From Balanoglossus misakiensis (lineage: Eukaryota; Animalia; Hemichordata): a stretch of 64,000 nucleotides of DNA. The notes beneath the pieces were generated by a model. The model saw only the letters and a program-made list of their open reading frames with translations, made no database searches and was not told the DNA's origin. Numbering within the stretch: position 1 is the stretch's first letter; each line of letters begins with the position of its first letter. The DNA lies in the NCBI GenBank assembly GCA_040954595.2, contig CM082592.2:10378731-10442730 (forward strand). Reading direction: 5' to 3'. Positions 40,301 through 53,100 of the stretch are shown piece after piece. A program made the translations under genes and the position numbers.

Positions 40301-43300
40301 GGAAAATGTTGAAAAATCGACGATTTTTCGACTTTTCGAATTTTCAAAATTTGGTGATTTTTTGAAAAAACCATGGGTTATAGCTCAGGAAAATGTTGAA
40401 AAATCGACGATTTTTCGACTTTTCGAATTTTCAAAATTTGGTGATTTTTTGAAAAAACCATGGGTTATAGCTCAGGAAAATGTTGAAAAATCGACGATTT
40501 TTCGACTTTTCGAATTTTCAAAATTTGGTGATTTTTTGAAAAATCCGGGGTTATAGCTCAGGAAAATGTTGAAAAATCGACGATTTTTCGACTTTTCGAA
40601 TTTTCAAAGTTTGGTGATTTTTTGAAAAAAACCATGGGTTATAGCTCAGGAAAATGTTGAAAAATCGACGATTTTTCGACTTTTCGAATTTTCAAAATTT
40701 GGTGATTTTTTGAAAAAACCATGGGTTATAGCTCAGGAAAATGTTGAAAAATCGACGATTTTTCGACTTTTCGAATTTTCAAAATTTGGTGATTTTTTGA
40801 AAAAACCATGGGTTATAGCTCAGGAAAATGTTGAAAAATCGACCATTTTTCGACTTTTCGACTTTTCAAAATTTGGTGATTTTTTGAAAAAACCATGGGT
40901 TATAGCTCAGGAAAATGTTGAAAAATCGACGATTTTTCGACTTTTCGAATTTTCAAAATTTGGTGATTTTTTGAAAAAACCATGGGTTATAGCTCAGGAA
41001 AATGTTGAAAAATCGACGATTTTTCGACTTTTCGAATTTTCAAAATTTGGTGATTTTTTTGAAAAAACCATGGGTTATAGCTCAGGAAAATGTTGAAAAA
41101 TCGACCATTTTTCGACTTTTCGAATTTTCAAAATTTGGTGATTTTTTTGAAAAAACCATGGGTTATAGCTCAGGAAAATGTTGAAAAATCGACGATTTTT
41201 CGACTTTTCGAATTTTCGAAATTTGGTGATTTTTTGAAAAAACCATGGGTTATAGCTCAGGAAAATGTTGAAAAATCGACGATTTTTCGTCTTTTCGACT
41301 TTTCAAAATTTGGTGATTTTTTGAAAAAACCATGGGTTATAGCTCAGGAAAATGTTGAAAAATCGACGATTTTTCGACTTTTCGACTTTTCAAAATTTGG
41401 TGATTTTTTGAAAAAACCATGGGTTATAGCTCAGGAAAATGTTGAAAAATCGACCATTTTTCGACTTTTCGAATTTTCAAAATTTGGTGATTTTTTTGAA
41501 AAAACCATGGGTTATAGCTCAGGAAAATGTTGAAAAATCGACGATTTTTCGACTTTTCGAATTTTCAAAATTTGGTGATTTTTTGAAAAAACCATGGGTT
41601 ATAGCTCAGGAAAATGTTGAAAAATCGACGATTTTTCGACTTTTCGAATTTTCAAAATTTGGTGATTTTTTTGAAAAAACCATGGGTTATAGCTCAGGAA
41701 AATGTTGAAAAATCGACCATTTTTCGACTTTTCGAATTTTCAAAATTTGGTGATTTTTTGAAAAAACCATGGGTTATAGCTCAGGAAAATGTTGAAAAAT
41801 CGACGATTTTTCGACTTTTCGAATTTTCAAAATTTGGTGATTTTTTGAAAAAACCATGGGTTATAATAGCTCAGGAAAATGTTGAAAAATCGACGATTTT
41901 TCGACTTTTCGAATTTTCAAAATTTGGTGATTTTTTGAAAAAACCATGGGTTATAGCTCAGGAAAATGTTGAAAAATCGACGATTTTTCGACTTTTCGAA
42001 TTTTCAAAATTTGGTGATTTTTTGAAAAAACCATGGGTTATAGCTCAGGAAAATGTTGAAAAATCGACGATTTTTCGACTTTTCGAATTTTCAAAATTTG
42101 GTGATTTTTTGAAAAAACCATGGGTTATAGCTCAGGAAAATGTTGAAAAATCGACCATTTTTCGACTTTTCGAATTTTCAAAATTTGGTGATTTTTTGAA
42201 AAAACCATGGGTTATAGCTCAGGAAAATGTTGAAAAATCGACGATTTTTCGACTTTTCGAATTTTCAAAATTTGGTGATTTTTTGAAAAACCATGGGTTA
42301 TAGCTCAGGAAAATGTTGAAAAATCGACGATTTTTCGACTTTTCTAATTTTCAAAATTCGGTGATTTTTTGAAAAAACCATGGGTTATAGCTCAGGAAAA
42401 TGTTGAAAAATCGACCATTTTTCGACTTTTCGAATTTTCAAAATTTGGTGATTTTTTGAAAAAACCATGGGTTATAGCTCAGGAAAATGTTGAAAAATCG
42501 ACCATTTTTCGACTTTTCGAATTTTCAAAATTTGGTGATTTTTTTGAAAAAACCATGGGTTATAGCTCAGGAAAATGTTGAAAAATCGACGATTTTTCGA
42601 CTTTTCGAATTTTCAAAATTTGGTGATTTTTTTGAAAAAACCATGGGTTATAGCTCAGGAAAATGTTGAAAAATCGACGATTTTTCGACTTTTCGAATTT
42701 TCAAAATTTGGTGATTTTTTGAAAAAACCATGGGTTATAGCTCAGGAAAATGTTGAAAAATCGACGATTTTTCGACTTTTCGAATTTTCAAAATTTGGTG
42801 ATTTTTTGAAAAAACCATGGGTTATAGCTCAGGAAAATGTTGAAAAATCGACGATTTTACGACTTTTCGAATTTTCAAAATTTGGTGATTTTTTGAAAAA
42901 ACCATGGGTTATAGCTCAGGAAAATGTTGAAAAATCGACGATTTTTCGACTTTTCGAATTTTCAAAATTTGGTGATTTTTTTGAAAAAACCATGGGTTAT
43001 AGCTCAGGAAAATGTTGAAAAATCGACGATTTTTCGACTTTTCGAATTTTCAAAATTTGGTGATTTTTTGAAAAAACCATGGGTTATAGCTCAGGAAAAT
43101 GTTGAAAAATCGACGATTTTTCGACTTTTCGAATTTTCAAAATTTGGTGATTTTTTGAAAAAACCATGGGTTATAGCTCAGGAAAATGTTGAAAAATCGA
43201 CGATTTTTCGACTTTTCGAATTTTCAAAATTTGGTGATTTTTTGAAAACACCATGGGTTATAGCTCAGGAAAATGTTGAAAAATCGACGATTTTTCGACT

Positions 43301-46300
43301 TTTCGAATTTTCAAAATTTGGTGATTTTTTGAAAAAACCATGGGTTATAGCTCAGGAAAATGTTGAAAAATCGACGATTTTTCGACTTTTCGAATTTTCA
43401 AAATTTGGTGATTTTTTGAAAAAACCATGGGTTATAGCTCAGGAAAATGTTGAAAAATCGACGATTTTTCGACTTTTCGAATTTTCAAAATTTGGTGATT
43501 TTTTGAAAAAACCATGGGTTATAGCTCAGGAAAATGTTGAAAAATCGACGATTTTTCGACTTTTCGAATTTTCAAAATTTGGTGATTTTTTTGAAAAAAC
43601 CATGGGTTATAGCTCAGGAAAATGTTGAAAAATCGACGATTTTTCGACTTTTCGAATTTTCAAAATTTGGTGATTTTTTGAAAAAACCATGGGTTATAGC
43701 TCAGGAAAATGTTGAAAAATCGACGATTTTTCGACTTTTCGAATTTTCAAAATTTGGTGATTTTTTGAAAAAACCATGGGTTATAGCTCAGGAAAATGTT
43801 GAAAAATCGACGATTTTTCGACTTTTCGAATTTTCAAAATTTGGTGATTTTTTGAAAAAACCATGGGTTATAGCTCAGGAAAATGTTGAAAAATCGACGA
43901 TTTTTCGACTTTTCGAATTTTCAAAATTTGGTGATTTTTTGAAAAAACCATGGGTTATAGCTCAGGAAAATGTTGAAAAATCGACGATTTTTCGACTTTT
44001 CGAATTTTCAAAATTTGGTGATTTTTTGAAAAAACCATGGGTTATAGCTCAGGAAAATGTTGAAAAATCGACGATTTTTCGACTTTTCGAATTTTCAAAA
44101 TTTGGTGATTTTTTGAAAAAACCATGGGTTATAGCTCAGGAAAATGTTGAAAAATCGACGATTTTTCGACTTTTCGAATTTTCAAAATTTGGTGATTTTT
44201 TTGAAAAAACCATGGGTTATAGCTCAGGAAAATGTTGAAAAATCGACGATTTTTCGACTTTTCGAATTTTCAAAATTTGGTGATTTTTTGAAAAAACCAT
44301 GGGTTATAGCTCAGGAAAATGTTGAAAAATCGACGATTTTTCGACTTTTCGAATTTTCAAAATTTGGTGATTTTTTGAAAAAACCATGGGTTATAGCTCA
44401 GGAAAATGTTGAAAAATCGACGATTTTTCGACTTTTCGAATTTTCAAAATTTGGTGATTTTTTGAAAAAACCATGGGTTATAGCTCAGGAAAATGTTGAA
44501 AAATCGACGATTTTTCGACTTTTCGAATTTTCAAAATTTGGTGATTTTTTGAAAAAACCATGGGTTATAGCTCAGGAAAATGTTGAAAAATCGACGATTT
44601 TTCGACTTTTCGAATTTTCAAAATTTGGTGATTTTTTGAAAAAACCATGGGTTATAGCTCAGGAAAATGTTGAAAAATCGACGATTTTTCGACTTTTCGA
44701 ATTTTCAAAATTTGGTGATTTTTTGAAAAAACCATGGGTTATAGCTCAGGAAAATGTTGAAAAATCGACGATTTTTCGACTTTTCGAATTTTCAAAATTT
44801 GGTGATTTTTTGAAAAAACCATGGGTTATAGCTCAGGAAAATGTTGAAAAATCGACGATTTTTCGACTTTTCGAATTTTCAAAATTTGGTGATTTTTTGA
44901 AAAAACCATGGGTTATAGCTCAGGAAAATGTTGAAAAATCGACCATTTTTCGACTTTTCGAATTTTCAAAATTTGGTGATTTTTTTGAAAAAACCATGGG
45001 TTATAGCTCAGGAAAATGTTGAAAAATCGACGATTTTTCGACTTTTCGAATTTTCAAAATTCGGTGATTTTTTGAAAAAACCATGGGTTATAGCTCAGGA
45101 AAATGTTGAAAAATCGACGATTTTTCGACTTTTCGAATTTTCAAAATTTGGTGATTTTTTGAAAAAACCATGGGTTATAGCTCAGGAAAATGTTGAAAAA
45201 TCGACGATTTTTCGACTTTTCGAATTTTCAAAATTTGGTGATTTTTTGAAAAAACCATGGGTTATAGCTCAGGAAAATGTTGAAAAATCGACGATTTTAC
45301 GACTTTTCGAATTTTCAAAATTTGGTGATTTTTTGAAAAAACCATGGGTTATAGCTCAGGAAAATGTTGAAAAATCGACGATTTTTCGACTTTTCGAATT
45401 TTCAAAATTTGGTGATTTTTTTGAAAAAACCATGGGTTATAGCTCAGGAAAATGTTGAAAAATCGACGATTTTTCGACTTTTCGAATTTTCAAAATTTGG
45501 TGATTTTTTGAAAACACCATGGGTTATAGCTCAGGAAAATGTTGAAAAATCGACGATTTTTCGACTTTTCGAATTTTCAAAATTTGGTGATTTTTTGAAA
45601 AAACCATGGGTTATAGCTCAGGAAAATGTTGAAAAATCGACGATTTTTCGACTTTTCGAATTTTCAAAATTTGGTGATTTTTTGAAAAAACCATGGGTTA
45701 TAGCTCAGGAAAATGTTGAAAAATCGACGATTTTTCGACTTTTCGAATTTTCAAAATTTGGTGATTTTTTGAAAAAACCATGGGTTATAGCTCAGGAAAA
45801 TGTTGAAAAATCGACGATTTTTCGACTTTTCGAATTTTCAAAATTTGGTGATTTTTTTGAAAAAACCATGGGTTATAGCTCAGGAAAATGTTGAAAAATC
45901 GACGATTTTTCGACTTTTCGAATTTTCAAAATTTGGTGATTTTTTGAAAAAACCATGGGTTATAGCTCAGGAAAATGTTGAAAAATCGACGATTTTTCGA
46001 CTTTTCGAATTTTCAAAATTTGGTGATTTTTTGAAAAAACCATGGGTTATAGCTCAGGAAAATGTTGAAAAATCGACGATTTTTCGACTTTTCGAATTTT
46101 CAAAATTTGGTGATTTTTTGAAAAAACCATGGGTTATAGCTCAGGAAAATGTTGAAAAATCGACGATTTTTCGACTTTTCGAATTTTCAAAATTTGGTGA
46201 TTTTTTGAAAAAACCATGGGTTATAGCTCAGGAAAATGTTGAAAAATCGACGATTTTTCGACTTTTCGAATTTTCAAAATTTGGTGATTTTTTGAAAAAA

Positions 46301-49252
46301 CCATGGGTTATAGCTCAGGAAAATGTTGAAAAATCGACGATTTTTCGACTTTTCGAATTTTCAAAATTTGGTGATTTTTTGAAAAAACCATGGGTTATAG
46401 CTCAGGAAAATGTTGAAAAATCGACGATTTTTCGACTTTTCGAATTTTCAAAATTTGGTGATTTTTTTGAAAAAACCATGGGTTATAGCTCAGGAAAATG
46501 TTGAAAAATCGACGATTTTTCGACTTTTCGAATTTTCAAAATTTGGTGATTTTTTGAAAAAACCATGGGTTATAGCTCAGGAAAATGTTGAAAAATCGAC
46601 GATTTTTCGACTTTTCGAATTTTCAAAATTTGGTGATTTTTTGAAAAAACCATGGGTTATAGCTCAGGAAAATGTTGAAAAATCGACGATTTTTCGACTT
46701 TTCGAATTTTCAAAATTTGGTGATTTTTTGAAAAAACCATGGGTTATAGCTCAGGAAAATGTTGAAAAATCGACGATTTTTCGACTTTTCGAATTTTCAA
46801 AATTTGGTGATTTTTTGAAAAAACCATGGGTTATAGCTCAGGAAAATGTTGAAAAATCGACGATTTTTCGACTTTTCGAATTTTCAAAATTTGGTGATTT
46901 TTTGAAAAAACCATGGGTTATAGCTCAGGAAAATGTTGAAAAATCGACGATTTTTCGACTTTTCGAATTTTCAAAATTTGGTGATTTTTTGAAAAAACCA
47001 TGGGTTATAGCTCAGGAAAATGTTGAAAAATCGACGATTTTTCGACTTTTCGAATTTTCAAAATTTGGTGATTTTTTGAAAAAACCATGGGTTATAGCTC
47101 AGGAAAATGTTGAAAAATCGACGATTTTTCGACTTTTCGAATTTTCAAAATTTGGTGATTTTTTGAAAAAACCATGGGTTATAGCTCAGGAAAATGTTGA
47201 AAAATCGACCATTTTTCGACTTTTCGAATTTTCAAAATTTGGTGATTTTTTTGAAAAAACCATGGGTTATAGCTCAGGAAAATGTTGAAAAATCGACGAT
47301 TTTTCGACTTTTCGAATTTTCAAAATTCGGTGATTTTTTGAAAAAACCATGGGTTATAGCTCAGGAAAATGTTGAAAAATCGACGATTTTTCGACTTTTC
47401 GAATTTTCAAAATTTGGTGATTTTTTGAAAAAACCATGGGTTATAGCTCAGGAAAATGTTGAAAAATCGACGATTTTTCGACTTTTCGAATTTTCAAAAT
47501 TTGGTGATTTTTTGAAAAAACCATGGGTTATAGCTCAGGAAAATGTTGAAAAATCGACCATTTTTCGACTTTTCGAATTTTCAAAATTTGGTGATTTTTT
47601 TGAAAAAACCATGGGTTATAGCTCAGGAAAATATTGAAAAATCGACGATTTTTCGACTTTTCGAATTTTCAAAATTTGGTGATTTTTTGAAAAAACCATG
47701 GGTTATAGCTCAGGAAAATGTTGAAAAATCGACGATTTTTCGACTTTTTGAATTTTCAAAATTTGGTGATTTTTTGAAAAAACCATGGGTTATAGCTCAG
47801 GAAAATGTTGAAAAATCGACGATTTTTCGACTTTTCGAATTTTCAAAATTTGGTGATTTTTTTGAAAAAAACATGGGTTATAGCTCAGGAAAATGTTGAA
47901 AAATCGACGATTTTTCGACTTTTCGAATTTTCAAAATTTGGTGATTTTTTGAAAAAACCATGGGTTATAGCTCAGGAAAATGTTGAAAAATCGACGATTT
48001 TTCGACTTTTCGAATTTGGTGATTTTTTGAAAAAACCATGGGTTATAGCTCAGGAAAATGTTGAAAAATCGACGATTTTTCGACTTTGCGAATTTTCAAA
48101 ATTTGGTGATTTTTTGAAAAAACCATGGGTTATAGCTCAGGAAAATGTTGAAAAATCGACGATTTTTCGACTTCTCGAATTTTCAAAATTTGGTGATTTT
48201 TTAAAAAAAAACCATGGGTTATAGCTCAGGAAAATGTTGAAAAATCGACGATTTTTCGACTTTTCGAATTTTCAAAATTTGGTGATTTTTTGAAAAAACC
48301 ATGGTTATATAAAGCTCAGGAAAATGTTGAAAAATCGACGATTTTTCGACTTTTCGAATTTTCAAAATTTGGTGATTTTTTGAAAAAACCATGGGTTATA
48401 GCTCAGGAAAATGTTGAAAAAAATCGACGATTTTTCGACTTTTCGAATTTTCAAAATTTGGTGATTTTTTGAAAAAACCATGGGTTATAGCTCAGGAAAA
48501 TGTTGAAAAATCGACCATTTTTCGACTTTTCGAATTTTCAAAATTTGGTGATTTTTTAAAAAAAACCATGGGTTATAGCTCAGGAAAATGTTGAAAAATC
48601 GACGATTTTTCGACTTTTCTAATTTTCAAAATTTGGTGATTTTTTGAAAAAACCATGGGTTATAGCTCAGGAAAATGTTGAAAAATCGACGATTTTTCGA
48701 CTTTGCGAATTTTCAAAATTTGGTGATTTTTTGAAAAAACCATGGGTTATAGCTCAGGAAAATGTTGAAAAATCGACGATTTTTCGACTTTTCTAATTTT
48801 CAAAATTTGGTAATTTTTTGAAAAAACCATGGGTTATAGCTCAGGAAAATGTTGAAAAATCGACGATTTTTCGACTTTGCGAAATTTCAAAATTTGGTGA
48901 TTTTTTGAAAAAAACATGGGTTATAGCTCAGGAAAATGTTGAAAAATCGACGATTTTTCGACTTCCCGAAATTTCAAAATTTCTTCGATTTTTGATAAAA
49001 ACCATGGGTTATAGCTCATGAAAATCATCAGAAAATGACGATTTTTCGACTTCCCGAAATTTCAAAATTTCTTCGATTTTTGATTAAAACCATGGGATAT
49101 AGCTCATGAAAATCATCAGAAAATGACGATTTCTCGACTTCCCGAAATTTCAAAATTTCTTCGATTTTTGATAAAAACCATGGGTTATAGCTCATGAAAA
49201 TCATCAGAAAATGACGATTTTTCGACTTTCCGAAATTTCAAAATTTCTTCGA
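34310..49252. repeat. 87-bp tandem satellite array (~170 monomers, ~15 kb)
   Basis: Core monomer CCATGGGTTATAGCTCAGGAAAATGTTGAAAAATCGACGATTTTTCGACTTTTCGAATTTTCAAAATTTGGTGATTTTTTGAAAAAA, nearly invariant over ~34770-48960. Divergent related monomers lie at 34310-34770 and 48960-49252. Confidence 0.98.
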
Positions 49253-49331
49253 GGAGAGCACAGAGAACATTCTAGGGCTGAAATCTTTTGAGCTGAAAAA
49301 ATGACAACACACAATCACATTTTCTTCTACT

Positions 49332-49337
49332 TTTATT
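49332..49337 (-). terminator. Poly(A) signal of the minus-strand receptor gene
   Basis: TTTATT on the + strand is AATAAA on the - strand. A GT-rich element lies downstream (reverse complement of 49300-49320, atgtgattgtgtgttgtcat). Confidence 0.6.
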
Positions 49338-50156
49338 AATTTTGATTAAATATGATCATGTGAGTAATGGTGATCAAATTGTGACATCTTTTCAGACCAC
49401 ATAACGTGCAACAGAACTTCTCTAATGCAGTTGTCAGTGACCAGGTGATCAATAAAATGGTCATGAAAGTCTGTGATAGGCTGGATCTGAAGCAGCAATG
49501 GCCAAAATTTACTCAGGTTACAAATTTTAAGATCCATTTCCATTTTATGTGATATCAATGAGGATAGTGGTACATTTGATGTCAAGGGTTAGGGTGATAA
49601 TTACTGATAAGTACAATAATTTGTGTTGTGCTTACATTATTTTGAAAAAATTAGTGTTACCAGCAAGTAAAGTTTCAGAAAGTTCATCATTCTAGAAAGG
49701 ACTTTACTAAAATCATACAATGCAGTACACCAATGGGTATATTGGTTCTCCACAGAACATGTGACATTGTATATATTGTGAAATTACATGCACTAAGACT
49801 TACACGTATACAGATTTCATAACAAGATTCCAAGCTAAATAATTGGCATTCTCATGTCACTAAACCCTAAGTCACGAAATCTTTTTGCAGTTACAACGAA
49901 ATCTTTTTGCAGTTACATGCATTTAACCAGTAAATGCATCATCATTAGCAAACTCAGTAAATTTATGACAACAAAACCAAAACACATTAAAATTCAAATG
50001 ACTCAGACTCGGATATGCTGTGATGGAGATTAGATGCAGAACATACATGTATGTCACGTCTACTGGTAAAGATAGTCTAAGGTAAGTCATTGTGATACAA
50101 AACTTGCATCAGGTGATGAAAGAATGTCTCGGTTGGGTTGTCTCAAACTTATCCCA

Positions 50157-53100
50157 CTAATCGTAGTCTGGGGAAGGCAGGGACTCGTATTCGTTCTTTA
50201 CTCGCTTATCACCAGCATCAGCAGCAGTAGGATAGTCGGATTTGGGCAACGGCAGAACTTGCTGGTAGTGGGAAGCTCCTAGCAGTTTCTTTTCCTGTGG
50301 GAAAAATGAATAGCAAAATATAGTGTCAATGATACTCTCACTCCCAGTCGATGCTAGAGGGATGGAGTTCTTTACAAATTCAAATCTTACAATCTCTGCT
50401 TCCTTCAGTCAGTATTTTTCTCTGGTCAACTTAAAAAAAAAACTTCAGTAAAAAATCCAATTTATTCTACCTCAGCAGGGTGACTACTGTAGGCTGAATC
50501 TTTCGAACCGCCACTTTCCTTAGAACCGTCACGTTTCTTCTGCTTGTTGAATGTCGTGAAGTCAATTCCACCAGCACCACCACTGCCAATGGCAGCGTCA
50601 GTCGCATCATACACTGGATTCTGATAGGTACTCATGTCTCGCGGAGTCATTTCTGGTCTACCCCTATCAAAATACAAATTGCGAGTTCTTGGATACTGCA
50701 TGGGTGGTCCCGAAGGTTGTTGTCTGTTGAAAGTGAGACACCATTTTATCATTAGTATTGTTAATAGTGCAGCTCTAACATGCCATTAACATTTTTTTCA
50801 TTTGGTAGAATCCTTGTGGCATGCCAATTCATGCTTGATTACACTCAGTTAAATCTCAAGCAAGCTGAAAAAAATACATCATGATTTAATTTTACTCATT
50901 CACAAAATTAAAGGTTTTAAGCAGTTAATATGGTTCTAGAACATGGCGTCCGAAATTATATTTTATGGTTCAGAAAACAATTACCCTTTTAAACAAACAA
51001 ACAAACAAACAAACAAACAAATCAAGTGTCATGACAAAATAGAATCATAGTGTTCCTAAAACAAATGTCATCATTGCATATACATGTAGCATGGCGATAT
51101 CATGTCGCTACAGGATACATGTACATGTACATCTTTCTGAATTTGTTCACTTACATTTGGAATGTACCTTGATGTACCACATTCTCTACCACTATGTTAA
51201 AGCTTCCTACATGCAGTCAAAAGCGGACTATTTTTTATATATTATAATTATGAATTCAACTAATAAATGCTGTCAATGCCTAGAGATGAGTCAAAATCCT
51301 TCCATATTTTAACAACAATGTTATATTAACTTATGCCAAGTTTAGTGGGAGTTTCTCTAGTAAGATTAATATTTTGGTTGTGTGTTCACAATGCAGAAAC
51401 TAACATCACAGAAACCTTGAAATGTGAATACATACGTGCATGGAAATAAATTCCAAAAACGCTGCAACCACCTTGTAAAAAATTAAAAACATTGTTTTGT
51501 TTTAAGTCACTTCATTGTGGCTCTTACAAGTAACACCTTTCATAATTATACTGATATTCATATACCAGAAGCGATACTGTGTAGATGTTCCTCAGAAGGC
51601 TATCTGCGAACGAAAATGCGACTTGCATTTTTTAGAAGATACATATATCATTTGAGACAGTATCAGATGGTGTGATTCGCACTTTGGTCGCAGATAGCCT
51701 TCTGAGGGACCTCTACATAAATGACTAGTACTGTAAATGGCAATGATCTGACTGTTTGTGAATATCGGCTGCTAGTGAAAGTTTTGAAAATTCTGACACA
51801 TGGTGACTGCCTTTTTTTTATCCACTTACCCATTCACATGTTTCTGCTTCTCCTTTTGACGATGTCTGCTGTACCAGACAAGAGCGATGATGATTATAAT
51901 AAGAACAGCAGCTACTACAGCAACACTGATCCCAACAGTTTCTGCTGTGGTCAACGCTTGAGCACATGGCCACTTTGCATTAGCACAGTAACAGATATAG
52001 CCATCCACCTGTCAGTGAACATGGACAGAAAAAAAGTGTGTTATTAGTTTGACAATTCTGAATACTTAGAAATTGAACAATCATGCACTCCACAAATATT
52101 CTCAACTAATTAACTGATTGATTGATTGATCAACACTCACCTGATCAATACAAGTGTAGTTGCGAGCACACGGGTTAGATTCGCACTCATCAAAGTCAAT
52201 ACCACAATAGTCGCCAGCATATCCAGCTGTACAGTTACATCCATAGCCACCTTGATCGAAGCCTTGACTTCGAATACTGCTCTCGCAATCTGGATCCGAC
52301 TCCGGCCCAAGACAATCACCATTCATACATTTATTTTCCATGACGTGGATGGTGACAACCAAAATCTCAGACCTAGCACCCATCTGATCTTCTGCGGTGA
52401 CCATGAACTTATCCTCGCCATAGTAGTGCTCGTTCGGAACGTATCGGACATGACTGACCACCCAGCTTTGTCGACTGATTTCATGGGGGTTTGTCATATC
52501 GCACGGAAAAGTGACTTCAGCTTCTGGAGGCCACGTAGACAACCCGGTTTTCTCATCCATTACACAGTCAGACATTTTGAATGCGACATTTCTCTGTTGT
52601 TCAGTGATTTCCAGCTGACCATGTTCTGGGTGCTCAAACATTAATGTCAGTGTGTCCTCTGTGTCGACATCATAAGATCCGACCATTGCAATGATGGGAT
52701 AATAGCCCTCATTAAATTGATTTCTCTGTTCTTGGGTCAACGCCAGTGAGTAGCTGTTATCCTTAACCAGATTCCATCCATTGACATCAAAGAAAATCTC
52801 AGGATAGTCATTCCTGGGGTAGACCACAACAGTCAGAACACCATCTGTTGATAATGAAGGGATCCCATCTCCGCGATGTTCAAATGCAACGAAATAGAAT
52901 GTATCCTCCCCGTAGCAGTCAGAACAAGGCCTGTACGTGAATTCACCGTCTAAACTCAAATTTGCGCTTCCTAGTCGCAAATCAGGAAGAGAGGCGTTAT
53001 CAGTTTTTCGGAAATCAATTCTGTCAGCTTCAGCATCCTGTGCCTTGATTATGAAGACAAGAGTCCCACTGTCTTCATGCATTAAAACTGTATCATCTGA

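Noticed and set aside
34770-48960. CRISPR-like array
   Set aside because: No unique spacers; the units are head-to-tail identical, the context is eukaryotic and there are no cas genes.
34906-49021. Long ORFs of the 29-aa repeat KKPWVIAQENVEKSTIFRLFEFSKFGDFL
   Set aside because: The monomer is 87 = 3 x 29 bp with one stop-free frame. The ORFs are repeatedly broken by +/-1 homopolymer indels, and there is no gene context or sign of coding selection.
34269-49278. CTAGGG on both sides of the satellite as a TSD or Helitron end
   Set aside because: Only 6 bp, not directly at the array edges, and without a TIR or sub-terminal hairpin.
49874-49917. 22-bp tandem duplication in the receptor 3'UTR
   Set aside because: Ordinary local slippage duplication with no further structure.
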